A stretch of DNA of 64,000 nt from Nematocida ausubeli (Eukaryota), in contig NW_026515637.1 of NCBI RefSeq assembly GCF_000738915.1, forward strand, positions 372,001 through 436,000, in the 5' to 3' direction. Positions 1-11,006 of the stretch are shown one piece after another. Numbering within the stretch: the first letter of the stretch is position 1; the number at the start of each line of letters is the position of its first letter. The notes under the pieces were generated by a model. The model saw only the letters and a list, made by a program, of their open reading frames with translations, did not search any database and was not told the origin of the DNA. The translations under genes were made by a program, and so were the position numbers.

Positions 1-1
1 C

Positions 2-2488
2 AGCACGGGCAGACAAGAATACAAATTTACAAGAACACCAGTGAATGACAGAGTATACAAAGACTTGGATACAAAGACTCCAGACAGCAAGTATCTTAGT
101 ATATATCACGCGCAGCTGATAAAGATGTTTCCCTCAATAGACGGAGACCTTTCCATTGAGGCAGGCAGGCCAAATGCACTTACAAATTTCCTAAGAGCAG
201 AAAACATTAAGAAGGATGCTAAATATATTCTTGCAGCACTTCTTCTTCTTTCAGAGGGCGTTGACATTAAAATAAATGTAGACCATGCGGGAGAAAAAAA
301 GAGGCTTGTCATAAAAAGTAAAACATGCAAAGAGAAAGTGTTTGTAGATGTAGAAATGCATACTGCAGGTATAGATCCAGTTACTAATGAGCACAGTGAG
401 AGCATCTACCAAAGTGAGGCAGCTGGAATTATCAAGTTCTATATGCAGTGCAGAGACAATCCACTGCTAAAGAGAGGAGGTGAGTTTGCAATGCCAGCCA
501 CGAAAGAAGAGTTTGAGAGTGGAAGGTTTCTGAACAATGCAGCCTTCCTTATACAGACGTACATATATGAGTTCATTGATACAGCAGAGAATTATGTGAG
601 TTTTGTGAATGCAGTGCATGAACTGCTGGTTGATCAAGTAGCTGAAAAGGAGAACCCAAAGCAGACTAAGAAGAAGGGTAAAAAGGGCAGAATATTCGAT
701 GAGCTCTTTCTAGCAAAAGATACACTTAGCGAAAACAAAAAATACATTGAATCATTCTATGGCCTTGTTCAGGCTATAAATGAAAATGCCAATTTTCCCT
801 TCTACAATGATAGTCAGCTGCCGCGGTATACTAGAGTGCCACGTTGCAAACTAGACAAGTTGGGCTTTGAGAAAAGCCATGCATTATACTACAGTGACTG
901 TGTAGAAACAGCTCTGCTTGGACTGTTCTGCTGCCTGGCATACAACCAAAACACCGGAGAGTACCAAACAAGCCACATGGGAGAGGGAGTAAGCAAAGAG
1001 CTAAGAGACTTCTTTGAAAAGTATTCTAAGCCAAAAGAGGCAACAAGCTTTGAAATGCATAAGAAATGGTGCAGAGTTGTTGCGTGCTTAAAGAATGACA
1101 GGATTGACTACAAAAAGGCAAAAAACGAACTTATCTCGGGGGTTGGAAATATACTTCTTGCTATAGCAGAAATAACAGGACAAAAAGCAGAAACATTAGA
1201 ACTAGTTGAATATATAGAATCAGCAGATAAAGCAGGAAAATTAAATTATAAGCAGGAAGTTTATATTGCAGATAAGATAGAATCGATTATTAGGTCTTTG
1301 TCACTGAATAAGAATGTGGAAGTAAAGTGCAACCAAATGACACTTGGAAAGAGGTCAAGCGGAAAGGCAGATATTTTAGCTCAAATTGTTATTACTTACA
1401 ATTTTGATGGGGAAAAGAATGGAATCTCTTTGGATATAAGCCAAGGGCATGCTACTCTTAGTCTTTTTCGATCTTTTGGAAATAGCTCTGCAAAAGTTAA
1501 AGAAAAGTGTGAAGAGGTAAAAAACACTTACAGTGATGTAGACTGCTATGTAGGGTACATCGCAGATCATTACGTTAGTACAGAATTAGATGCTTTATTT
1601 TTTAACAAAGCAGACTTTTCAAAGAAACTTAAGAAAGTCTTATATCCAGTTATACAGGAGGGATCTGAAGGCATATATAAAATATTCTTATTAGAAAAGC
1701 TTGTTTCCAATGAGATTAAAGGCCTTATTATAAATAGTTTTATAGACAGTACAATAGATAAGGAGGTACTCCCAGCAAACCCTTTAACACGTTTTACTGC
1801 AAACATTTTAGGAAGTGTTCCGCTCAATGACCCTAGCACAAGATATACGATGCTAAAACACTTCCCCCTTCATGCAAGCTGGCAGAAATTCTATCCAAAG
1901 CTTGGATTTAAGCCATCAGAGAATATCCCAAAAGAAGATGCTATTTGGGCAAATATAGCAAAAGTGTATACATACACTACTCTAGCAAATCTTCCAGCGC
2001 CTGCAGCATTAAAAGCCATATGCAACTATATTAAAGCAACTGCGAATAATACAAGGATGGAATATTCAGGAGTATATTGTATAACCCGAACGCATCTATT
2101 TGAACATATTGTATCTAAGGAGAGAGTGGATAGACTAGTAGAAATTCAATCCATTCTCAAAGAATCTACGAAAGACTACAATTTAAACTATGTATATCTT
2201 CTTTGGTTTATCCATGTAAGCTCGGGTGTTGGTGGGTTCTCATTAGAATCTATCAAGATAGTTTACGACTTTATACTCTTTGATAATTATCCAAAGCCAC
2301 TTGTCTTTGAAGAAGGAATATCGGGACCTGCAGAGTATTTTGAAAAGAGTCTAAGTGTTTTAAAAGAAAATAAGACTCTTTTTTGCTCAAAGGATGACAG
2401 AAAAAGTATAAAGAAATATAATGGATTAGTGTCATATTTGAGGAAGTTCATTAAAACAAAGAAAACAGGGTGTTTTCCCATGTTCTAG
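2..2488 (+). CDS. Large lineage-specific protein, resembling Nematocida expanded large-gene-family proteins; 5'-partial
   Basis: 815+ aa ORF; the frame stays open from base 2 (STGRQEYKFTRTPV), so the GTG at 41 is not a real start. Motifs 'ILAALLLLSEGVDI' and 'YYSDCVETALLGLFCCLAY' recall Nematocida multigene-family proteins (from memory, not searched). Confidence 0.6.
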   Translation, partial: STGRQEYKFTRTPVNDRVYKDLDTKTPDSKYLSIYHAQLIKMFPSIDGDLSIEAGRPNALTNFLRAENIKKDAKYILAALLLLSEGVDIKINVDHAGEKKRLVIKSKTCKEKVFVDVEMHTAGIDPVTNEHSESIYQSEAAGIIKFYMQCRDNPLLKRGGEFAMPATKEEFESGRFLNNAAFLIQTYIYEFIDTAENYVSFVNAVHELLVDQVAEKENPKQTKKKGKKGRIFDELFLAKDTLSENKKYIESFYGLVQAINENANFPFYNDSQLPRYTRVPRCKLDKLGFEKSHALYYSDCVETALLGLFCCLAYNQNTGEYQTSHMGEGVSKELRDFFEKYSKPKEATSFEMHKKWCRVVACLKNDRIDYKKAKNELISGVGNILLAIAEITGQKAETLELVEYIESADKAGKLNYKQEVYIADKIESIIRSLSLNKNVEVKCNQMTLGKRSSGKADILAQIVITYNFDGEKNGISLDISQGHATLSLFRSFGNSSAKVKEKCEEVKNTYSDVDCYVGYIADHYVSTELDALFFNKADFSKKLKKVLYPVIQEGSEGIYKIFLLEKLVSNEIKGLIINSFIDSTIDKEVLPANPLTRFTANILGSVPLNDPSTRYTMLKHFPLHASWQKFYPKLGFKPSENIPKEDAIWANIAKVYTYTTLANLPAPAALKAICNYIKATANNTRMEYSGVYCITRTHLFEHIVSKERVDRLVEIQSILKESTKDYNLNYVYLLWFIHVSSGVGGFSLESIKIVYDFILFDNYPKPLVFEEGISGPAEYFEKSLSVLKENKTLFCSKDDRKSIKKYNGLVSYLRKFIKTKKTGCFPMF

Positions 2489-3061
2489 GAATGTAAAACC
2501 CCTTCTCTAGTCAATAATTTAATAACTAGTAACTTTCTTTACAAGACTGTATCTATTGGCCCATGGGAAATAAGGGGTTCTGCTTGCTTATAGGTTAATA
2601 TACAGGAATATGTGGTTCTGCAGGCTTTATACTGCAGTATAATCAGCTGTCTTAATATATGGTTTATAAAATATATGTAAAAATCCTTTCATATAGGGTT
2701 TATTAAAATTATTTAAATTCATACCGTAACAAACTTGTACTATAGACGACAGCAAATAAATTTCATGCTGAAAGAAAAATAAAGTGTAATATTTATATTT
2801 AAGAGAAAACTCAGCTGTAAACAGGCTTCTTTATAGAGAAATCCAGTAAAACAATTGATATAACCGGAATTTTTTAAAAAAGACTATAGTATACCGGATC
2901 ATCATAATTACAGCAAGAAATAGTGCCGTATAAATTCACAAAAATACGAATAAAACCCTGCTCCATCATATTCTATATGCTTTAGGTGGTATATGCCCTC
3001 TTGGACACGCCGCATGCAGTGGATGCAATGGTCTGGATGCTTTGTGTACTAAAATGTGCAT

Positions 3062-4903
3062 TTATTTATTTGGGTTTCTGGGCTTCTTCAAGGAGAGGCG
3101 ATTGATCATTGCCATTTCATCATCCATAGCCACGACAATCTTATTACTGTCCCCTGGGATGAAGCTATTTGAGACAACCTTATGATCATTCTTTTTAATT
3201 TGGTAGTTGAATACATGCCCCTTTAGGACCTTTTCCATGTCCCATACAAGTATCCACTCTCCTGTACTGACAATAACGTACTTTTCATTTTTATCTGTAC
3301 TTATACTGGCATTAGTGAAGTTTACTTCCCCATTGAAGTAGTGCAGGTGCTCTGGCCTTACAATAAGCTTCTTTGGCACGGGCTTATTCTGGCCCAGGCT
3401 CTTTTTGAAGCCGCTTGTTCCTGCTGCCTCAGTGACAATCAGCATAAGGTACGACTTGCACGTGCCCACCAGGTACTTCCCACTGGGCGATATGAATACA
3501 CCTATCACAGAATCTCCCAGCCCAGGCAGAAGTGTCTTTGCTCTTTTATCCAGGGAGTCGTACATTCTTATATCACCAGTCTCTGAGCCCAGTGCAAAGT
3601 ACCCATCCCGTGTGGAGTCACCAGAAGTAAACTTAGTATTCGTGCTGTACGACTTTCCTTCGATCAGGGAGGGTGCTCTTGGGTCAATTTTAAAGAGTCT
3701 ATTCTTTGAGACCCCAACAAACTCATTACTCAAGGGGGCTCCCTTTTCATCCTTGGCAGACGAGAAGAAGTCTTTTAGTTCGTCCTTTGTGTCCCATACT
3801 TCTGCCACCTTCTCTGTGTTCAGGTCAATCTTGTACATCATTTCCTTTTTGTTCAAGTCAGAGACAATCAAGGCATTGCTGTCCTTAGCCACAGCCATCT
3901 TATCAGGTGTTATATTCTCGCCCTTCCTAAGGATAGCATGGATGGTTCCCTTGTAGCTAATATCTTCCTCCTCATTTTTGAATATCCCTATGGCAGAGCC
4001 CCTTGAGACAAATGTATTCTCTTCTGTGACAGCCAGGGCTCTGTTTCTTTCTTTATCCCGTCCCCCAAATATATTTCCTGATGTCTGCTTGTATTTCTGC
4101 TTTTCTTTGTTTTTCTTCTTTCTTTCCAGGATGATCTTAGTGTCAGATGACTCGCTCTCTTCTTCTGTCTCGCTTTCTTCTTCTGCACTGCTTGTGTCAT
4201 TCATGTAATTATCAATCTCCATCTTCTCCAGGTACTCTACTTCATCTTTTGTCGTTGCATTCACAAAGGAAGAGATGAATGAGAACAAAGATGGGAGTGA
4301 GCTGAATATTATCCTGTACACCTCCATCTCACTGCCTGCTGTACTTACACTCCACGAGAAACTGTGTGTCTCCTGGTCCACATAGAAATCTGAGTAGCTT
4401 TGCAGCAGGTCTCCCTTCCTGATTATATCGTACTCCTTGTATACCCGTAGTACAATGCTGCTTTCTATCTTGAGTAGTCGTATGCTGACAGAGCTGTGAA
4501 GTACTTCGTACTGCTCTATCTTTTGGTTGTAGCCCTTCAAGCAGACAGAGTCATTTGCGTATAATATCTCCCAGCCATTGATTTGTGGCTGAATATTCAG
4601 TACCTTCCCGTAGAACTGCACTATCGTCCTGGGCAGATTCTTCCGGAAGACAAAAGACCATTTCTCCCCTTTGACAAAGAAGTACACGGAAGTCTCCTTG
4701 CTATCTGTCTTGTAGAAGTCAATATATGAGATGTCTGAGCACAGGAAGTCAAAGACTACGTCTCCTGAAATTACTTGCAGATTCTTTTCATTTACGATGT
4801 TTATGCTGGCATCTGACACTTTCAGTGTTTTGTTGCAGTATAAGTTCCCAGATACTTCCACATGTTCAATCCCGAATATGCTCTTTATGTGCTTCATAAC
4901 CAT
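3062..4903 (-). CDS. VID27: Vacuolar import and degradation protein 27 (PH-like N-terminus, acidic/basic linker, C-terminal beta-propeller)
   Basis: C-terminal motifs 'FALGSETGDIRMYD..KRAKTLLPGLGDSVIGVFISPSGKYLVGTCKSYL' and 'KPVPKKLIVRPEH' are typical of Vid27. Start is the ATG at 4903 (T-run context) or at 4915. Confidence 0.88.
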   Translation of the reverse strand: MVMKHIKSIFGIEHVEVSGNLYCNKTLKVSDASINIVNEKNLQVISGDVVFDFLCSDISYIDFYKTDSKETSVYFFVKGEKWSFVFRKNLPRTIVQFYGKVLNIQPQINGWEILYANDSVCLKGYNQKIEQYEVLHSSVSIRLLKIESSIVLRVYKEYDIIRKGDLLQSYSDFYVDQETHSFSWSVSTAGSEMEVYRIIFSSLPSLFSFISSFVNATTKDEVEYLEKMEIDNYMNDTSSAEEESETEEESESSDTKIILERKKKNKEKQKYKQTSGNIFGGRDKERNRALAVTEENTFVSRGSAIGIFKNEEEDISYKGTIHAILRKGENITPDKMAVAKDSNALIVSDLNKKEMMYKIDLNTEKVAEVWDTKDELKDFFSSAKDEKGAPLSNEFVGVSKNRLFKIDPRAPSLIEGKSYSTNTKFTSGDSTRDGYFALGSETGDIRMYDSLDKRAKTLLPGLGDSVIGVFISPSGKYLVGTCKSYLMLIVTEAAGTSGFKKSLGQNKPVPKKLIVRPEHLHYFNGEVNFTNASISTDKNEKYVIVSTGEWILVWDMEKVLKGHVFNYQIKKNDHKVVSNSFIPGDSNKIVVAMDDEMAMINRLSLKKPRNPNK

Positions 4904-4941
4904 AAAAATTTGCATTAAATCTTCTTCTTTTTATTTGCAGC

Positions 4942-5130
4942 ATGTTTAATCTGAGGCACTTAGAAAGGTGTGCAGAGAGGCCACTTGGGAAAATAGAGTG
5001 GGCCCCAATTGAGAGTCCTACGATAATCCAAGGAAATAAGACACTTCTCCCAGAAAGAAAGAGGGTGCAGTTATTCGGGCTGACAATGAAGAGTTCCCTG
5101 CATGACTTTGACTGCATGTGGGAGAAGTAA
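4942..5130 (+). CDS. Small hypothetical protein (62 aa)
   Basis: ATG-started ORF divergent from VID27 across under 40 bp; composition is coding-like compared with the AT-rich spacers. No family recognised. Confidence 0.45.
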   Translation: MFNLRHLERCAERPLGKIEWAPIESPTIIQGNKTLLPERKRVQLFGLTMKSSLHDFDCMWEK

Positions 5131-5498
5131 CCAAAATAAATTGAAGTGTACGTATATTCAAGGCTGCATGATAATTGGGCTATTCAATTCGAGTTATTTT
5201 AGTTGTATCTTGTGCATTCTGGGTGTATCCCAGTGTATTTGAAGTATTTTGGATTTTGCTGCCAGGAATTTGAGGGTATTAAGGTATTGGGGGTATATAC
5301 AGTTATATTCACAAAATACTTATATATTCACAAAATACTCAGTTATGCCTATTATATTCACAAAACACACCTATATACGGTTATATTCACAACACCCTTA
5401 TATATTCACAAACCAGACATAAACCACTCCTATATACAGTATTATATACAATATAACCCAATATACCCCGATATAACCCGAATTTAACGAACAAATAT

Positions 5499-8400
5499 TT
5501 ATTCCATGAAGTATTCAATTATTGCAGCACGCAATTCGGACACGTTGATTATCTCATCAATCACATGCATTTTAATCATCCTCTTGGAAGAGTCGTGCAG
5601 ATCACAGAATCTTTGTGCAAGCTTTGATGCATCGATTTTAGAGAATGGAATCTGCGACTCTTCCAGTATAGCAGCAAGCTCTTCTTGCTTGCATTTTATT
5701 TTGGATAATCCATCTGGATGTATGACACTCCCTTTAGCTGTAGGGTGTGCTGCTGATTTAATTTTGTTTCCTATTTTCTTGTCAAAAACAACCCAAGACC
5801 CTCCCCTTAGCTCTGCCTTCGGTGGTAAATATGTGAATATTTTTGAGTCAGAGTCTTCCATGCTCCTAACTATTTCAGAGCCATTTTGGAGTACGCCATT
5901 AAACATGTCTAAATGACCAGCAGAGAACCCCTTCCAATTAAGAAGGATTATAATCGGAAGAGACTCCAGGCTGAAGCTCTGAATGGCGTGCGCAATCTTC
6001 TTTGCAGACTCTGAAAGAAGCACATTCTCTGTCCAAAGGGTCTGCACAACAGAACTTGGCACAAACCCAGAATTAACTGCCTCCGGGGCAGGGAGTGACC
6101 TGTGCACACTTCCCGTCCTGGGGAATATAATTCCACATGGAATATTCCCTACTACACTCCTGCCTATGCGCACATTAGGGGCCCAGTCCTCCAGATATTC
6201 TGTAAACCCATTTATATCCGAGATGTAATCAACTACTTCTTCTGCTGTGAATGACTCTACTTGCAGGTCAGTCTGTTCTTCACTTTGCAATTTTTCAGTC
6301 TGTGAGTTTTCAGATTCACTGGTTTTGGGTTTACTCTGCACTTGTTCAGATTCTTCAGTGTGTACTTGTTCAGTCTGTGATTGTTCACTGTGTACTTGTT
6401 CACTCTGCATTTTCTCACATTCTTCAGTCTGTACTTGTTCAGTCTGTGACTGTTCACTCTGCACTTTCCCAGTTCTCAGGTACATCAGCCACCTTAGGAC
6501 CTGATAAATCCCAGACGCATCAGAGTCCACTTTCTTGTGCACTACCCCATTCTTGGCTAAAATTGAAGGACCGCCTATTTCCAGGTTATTTTTATATATT
6601 TCCTTCTGTAATAGACTATTAAGCGCATTATATCCTGTGAGGATAATGGGTGCATCTATCTTCTGGATTGTTCTGCCCCCAATGCTTGCTAAGTATGCAC
6701 CAATTCCCACTGCACGCCCCGTGACATAAGTCATTGTAGGGACAGATTTATACAGTCTTGCCATATCCTTGGCTATTTGTGCTGAGTACGACAGGTTCTC
6801 CACTCCCATTCCATAATTTCCCATAATTTCAGTTATTTCAAAGACATTCCTTCCATTGATCTCTCTCTCCAAGACTTCAACTATTTCCTTGTCCTTGAGT
6901 GCCTCATATTTATCCTTCTCCATATACACTACGTCCAAAGTATTATCATACTTTATAAGACTCTTTATCACTTCAAGTACTTCTATTTTTGCGCCAGAAT
7001 TACTAGAGACATAAACAAAAGGTATTTTATGGACACCCGCCAGACGAGCACATTCTGAGAAGTAATTTCCTTCATCGATTGAGAATGCCCCATTTTTCAC
7101 AGTTATATCATTCCCTAGGAAGATAAAGTCAAACCCATCACTTGTAAATCTCCACCCAAATATGGCTGCCTCCTTCTTGTTCTCAATCCGTGTCACTTTC
7201 ACATCACCAGAAATATCTTTCATGAAAATGCTCAATAACAAGGCTGCATCGTATATGCATATAGTACCAAGTGATCTAGCCTTAGTACGTGATGCCTGCA
7301 GCATCTCCTGGCTGTAATATTCAGGCAGAAATTCATCCACAGATACATCCGTATATCTACTAGACTGCACAGTGTATGCACCTATTCTGTAGAATATTTG
7401 TGCCCCCATTATTTCCATATACACTTCTGGGAAGCCCTTCTCATTATTTAACTGCACGTGAAATTGTCCCTCCTTAAGGAATTTTCCTTCTATCTTCCAG
7501 ATGCACTTATACCCAGACATGTGCACATATTCAGTCAGTAAGCCTTCTTTAAAGTACACCATCATGGCATCAGAATATTCCACTGTGTCAGTCACATGAA
7601 CATACCATATAAGTGGCATATTTGCGCCTGTCAAGGCATACCCAAATAATACTTCATTTATCACAGGAGAGAGACCAGATTTAATCACTTCCCCAGATAC
7701 ACCAGAATATGCGACTATTCTATCAGTCAGCTTATATATCAGTACTTTCCTACTACCCAGTATATAATCAGGCCTCTTACAGTGCATTTTTATCTCACAA
7801 GGCAATTCCAGTCTGTCCATTTCCATGTGGAATATGTCAATATCCCATGCAGTAAGACCATTTCTATGCGATAAATATGAGGCACCTGCCTCACTAATGA
7901 AAATAACTGTGAAATCAGGAGTATCTTCCTTTAAGCAGGAAATAATACTCATATTCCCTTCTGGTGCTTCATTTATATCCGGAATATTTTCATGCAAGGC
8001 CTCTAATAAGTAAAATATTCTAGTAGTGCCATCTACTCTCACAGATATCTTAGTGACTAACCCTAATTCTGGACTAATTTCAACGTGTGATACTTCTAGG
8101 TCACTCCCTTCAAATACTCTCTTCCCCCAGGCCCTCAATAATTCTGTCCTTTCCGGTTCATCCGCATAAAAGGCCCCCACTAATAAATTGTCATCAGAGA
8201 GTGTATTTGGGGAGAGAGAAATATTTGGGAATTCTTGGATTGTGACATCCTTTAGTGTACTGTCTTGTCCTTCGCCTTCTAGAGTATCTTTGTTTAGAGT
8301 GTCTTTGTTTAGAGTGTCTTGGCTTAGTGCACTGTCTTTGTTTAGTGTATCTTGGTTTGTACCGTCTTCTAGAGTGTCTTGATTTTTGGTGTCTTCTAGA

Positions 8401-11006
8401 GAGTCTTTGTTTAGAGTATCTTTGTTTAGTGTGTCATCCTTCAGTTCTTGCTCATCCTTTAGTGTGTTGTCTTTCAGTTCCTGTTGGTCTTTGCTTAGTG
8501 TGGTATCCTTTGGTGTGTCTTTTAGTGTGACACCCTTTAGACCATCACCTTCTAGTGTATCTTTGCTTAGTGTATCTTTTTGATCTTCCATCAAAGGATC
8601 TCTCAAACTACCCTCTTCTTGTCTACCTTCCTTCATTTTCTTCAATCCCTTCAATCCCTTGAATTCCTTTAATCTACTGACTATCTCTTCTTCTATCTTA
8701 CAATGCAGTCTGTGTATCTTCTGCAGGATACTAATTGATCCCTGCCTGACCCCGTGCCTAAGCAGTCTCTCCTTCAGCATATTCAAAGGTTCTTTAAATC
8801 TCATTATATTCTTGCTCTCTTGTAATACATCCATGCACTCCAGTATGTACTTATTAGCAGCAGGTGCATCTGCACCTTCATACGCACTGAATTCCTGCAG
8901 TGCAGATGCCATAGTCTCCTCATCATAGAGAAGCAGTCCTTCTGGTACTCTGTATCCTTTGAATATATTCAGTGTATAGTCCTTAGATGTATTCCTGAAG
9001 GTAATTCTTTCCGTGTAATTAATCACTTCATCTTCACCTGCATCCCCAATTATACTCCCCAGAGTATCACCCACTTCAACTACCTCACCCACCTGCACGG
9101 AGTAAGAGATAGATCCACTCTTAGGGGCCTTTATCCGTATGAGATTCTTCATGCTCTCAATCTCCAAATAATCTTCATCTTTCTTTACACTTCCTTCCTT
9201 CAGTATGCGTACTACCCTGCCAGGCACTGTAGCCCGCACTTCATTCCCACATGCACCTCCCATGAATCTGACTGTCTTCTGTGATGTATGTATCTCTGTG
9301 TACATCTTTGCCTCAGAGAAGTATACTACGTGTATCTCTCCCTGCCTGCCCTTAATCCTATACTTATCATCACATAAGGAAAGTATCTCCATCACAGATA
9401 TTCCTGAATTTATAACTATCCCATATACAGAACTATCCATCCTGCATACATCAGCAGACACATGCACACCTCCCACCTGAAATACCATAGACATATTAGG
9501 CAGTTCCTTACGGTGCACGGAAATAGCACAGAAGGCAAGAATGAAGAAAGGGTCTACAACGGATAATTTAACCCACTCCTGCAGGAATCTCTCTGCAGTC
9601 CTTGTAGTATGCTTGTTCTCATGGAATTCATCCGTGCTTATTAAATCCCTTAAGAAGTGGTTTAAATTCTTCACTTCCCCAGTTATTTTAACAGACTTCA
9701 AGGCCAGGTCCAATGCATATACAGCTTCCTCACGGCTACTTCCTATCCCGAATACATGACCAAATTGTGAGTCATTATATGGTGTTATGTACCCAGTATC
9801 AACAGAGAAATATCCTACAGTCCCAGCAGGCAATGAAGATACAACAGACAAAGACCCAGTACTAGGCATAAACATACACTCTGCTGACTCTGCAATTATT
9901 CTGGCCCCAACCACATGCTTGTCCCCAGTGTATTCCTTAATTATACTGCACTCTTTAAGCTTAGTCACAGATACACCGCAAGATATAAGCCATTGCACAG
10001 CACATATATTACTGTCTATCAGTAATTCTGTCACTGTATGTTCCACTTGCAGTCTAGGATTACACTCCAGGAAGAATAGCTGGTCACCATCCAAGTCGTA
10101 TACGAATTCTACTGTACATGCATTTTCGTACTTTGCTATTTCTATTAGTCTCTTTGCCTTGTGAATTATTTCTTCTTCTTTTTTTTTGTCTAGTAAGGCA
10201 GGTCCTTCTTCTATGAGCTTCTGGTTTCTTCTTTGCAGAGTACAGTCTCTAGTGGAAAGTACTTCTACAGTGCCATATTTATCTGCTATTATTTGCAGTT
10301 CAATGTGCTTTATATTCCTTAAGTATTTAGTCAGGAATACTTCCTTAGTGCCAGTTTCATCTTGTACTGTCTTTATGGCTGTCTGTACTTCTTGTTGTGT
10401 ATTTGCAATTCTTATGCCTTTACCACCTCCGCCCTCTGGTGACTTAACCATGATGGGGTACCCTGCACTTTCGCAGAAATCCTGCAATTTATCCATGTGC
10501 ACTATATCTATCCATGGGATAGCCATGATACCTGCAGTATCTGCTACTTTATTTGCAGATATCTTACTGCCTAATAATTCCATAGCAGATGTATCTGGGC
10601 CTATGAATATTAGGTTATGCTTAGTGCATGCCCTGGGTAGGTCTGGGTCCTCTGAGGCATGTCCCCACCCGGGCCAGACAAACTTGCAGTTAAAATGAAG
10701 GGCACTTTGGCATATTATATCTGCTGACTTAAAACTATCTTGTAAGTCTTCTGTGTGTACTTCAATATATCCAGATAGCATATCCAGGTATTTGCTTCTA
10801 CTTGTCCTATCAGAAGGTCTTTCTATGCCGTAGAATTCAAAGACACTTTTACCAAATCTTCTGTAGGAGAAATCCTCCATGGAAATAATAAACTTAAATG
10901 CAGCCAATGAATTATTCCCAATGAATATTCTGTTTCCTGCGTATGTACCCCCTAATTCAGATATAAATGCATCTAGTGCATTATTCTCATGCATAACACG
11001 TACCAT
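5499..11006 (-). CDS. ACC1: Acetyl-CoA carboxylase (BC-BCCP-central-CT), with two low-complexity insertions
   Basis: BC motifs 'VWPGWGHASE', 'GGGGKGIR', 'RDCTLQRRNQKLIEEGP', 'FLECNPRLQVEHTVTE', 'DSQFGHVF'; biotin-site-like 'EIESMKN'; CT motifs 'SNSGAKI', 'VTGRAVGIGAYL', 'NWKGFSAG', 'ELRGGSWVV'. Confidence 0.96.
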   Translation of the reverse strand: MVRVMHENNALDAFISELGGTYAGNRIFIGNNSLAAFKFIISMEDFSYRRFGKSVFEFYGIERPSDRTSRSKYLDMLSGYIEVHTEDLQDSFKSADIICQSALHFNCKFVWPGWGHASEDPDLPRACTKHNLIFIGPDTSAMELLGSKISANKVADTAGIMAIPWIDIVHMDKLQDFCESAGYPIMVKSPEGGGGKGIRIANTQQEVQTAIKTVQDETGTKEVFLTKYLRNIKHIELQIIADKYGTVEVLSTRDCTLQRRNQKLIEEGPALLDKKKEEEIIHKAKRLIEIAKYENACTVEFVYDLDGDQLFFLECNPRLQVEHTVTELLIDSNICAVQWLISCGVSVTKLKECSIIKEYTGDKHVVGARIIAESAECMFMPSTGSLSVVSSLPAGTVGYFSVDTGYITPYNDSQFGHVFGIGSSREEAVYALDLALKSVKITGEVKNLNHFLRDLISTDEFHENKHTTRTAERFLQEWVKLSVVDPFFILAFCAISVHRKELPNMSMVFQVGGVHVSADVCRMDSSVYGIVINSGISVMEILSLCDDKYRIKGRQGEIHVVYFSEAKMYTEIHTSQKTVRFMGGACGNEVRATVPGRVVRILKEGSVKKDEDYLEIESMKNLIRIKAPKSGSISYSVQVGEVVEVGDTLGSIIGDAGEDEVINYTERITFRNTSKDYTLNIFKGYRVPEGLLLYDEETMASALQEFSAYEGADAPAANKYILECMDVLQESKNIMRFKEPLNMLKERLLRHGVRQGSISILQKIHRLHCKIEEEIVSRLKEFKGLKGLKKMKEGRQEEGSLRDPLMEDQKDTLSKDTLEGDGLKGVTLKDTPKDTTLSKDQQELKDNTLKDEQELKDDTLNKDTLNKDSLEDTKNQDTLEDGTNQDTLNKDSALSQDTLNKDTLNKDTLEGEGQDSTLKDVTIQEFPNISLSPNTLSDDNLLVGAFYADEPERTELLRAWGKRVFEGSDLEVSHVEISPELGLVTKISVRVDGTTRIFYLLEALHENIPDINEAPEGNMSIISCLKEDTPDFTVIFISEAGASYLSHRNGLTAWDIDIFHMEMDRLELPCEIKMHCKRPDYILGSRKVLIYKLTDRIVAYSGVSGEVIKSGLSPVINEVLFGYALTGANMPLIWYVHVTDTVEYSDAMMVYFKEGLLTEYVHMSGYKCIWKIEGKFLKEGQFHVQLNNEKGFPEVYMEIMGAQIFYRIGAYTVQSSRYTDVSVDEFLPEYYSQEMLQASRTKARSLGTICIYDAALLLSIFMKDISGDVKVTRIENKKEAAIFGWRFTSDGFDFIFLGNDITVKNGAFSIDEGNYFSECARLAGVHKIPFVYVSSNSGAKIEVLEVIKSLIKYDNTLDVVYMEKDKYEALKDKEIVEVLEREINGRNVFEITEIMGNYGMGVENLSYSAQIAKDMARLYKSVPTMTYVTGRAVGIGAYLASIGGRTIQKIDAPIILTGYNALNSLLQKEIYKNNLEIGGPSILAKNGVVHKKVDSDASGIYQVLRWLMYLRTGKVQSEQSQTEQVQTEECEKMQSEQVHSEQSQTEQVHTEESEQVQSKPKTSESENSQTEKLQSEEQTDLQVESFTAEEVVDYISDINGFTEYLEDWAPNVRIGRSVVGNIPCGIIFPRTGSVHRSLPAPEAVNSGFVPSSVVQTLWTENVLLSESAKKIAHAIQSFSLESLPIIILLNWKGFSAGHLDMFNGVLQNGSEIVRSMEDSDSKIFTYLPPKAELRGGSWVVFDKKIGNKIKSAAHPTAKGSVIHPDGLSKIKCKQEELAAILEESQIPFSKIDASKLAQRFCDLHDSSKRMIKMHVIDEIINVSELRAAIIEYFME

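Noticed and set aside
2465..2488. C-terminal 'GCFPMF' as a CaaX prenylation signal
   Set aside because: The Cys is fifth from the end, not fourth.
2811..2905. Possible C/D-box snoRNA on the minus strand (ATGATGA ... CTGA)
   Set aside because: No terminal stem and no convincing rRNA guide identifiable by eye; these boxes occur easily by chance in AT-rich DNA.
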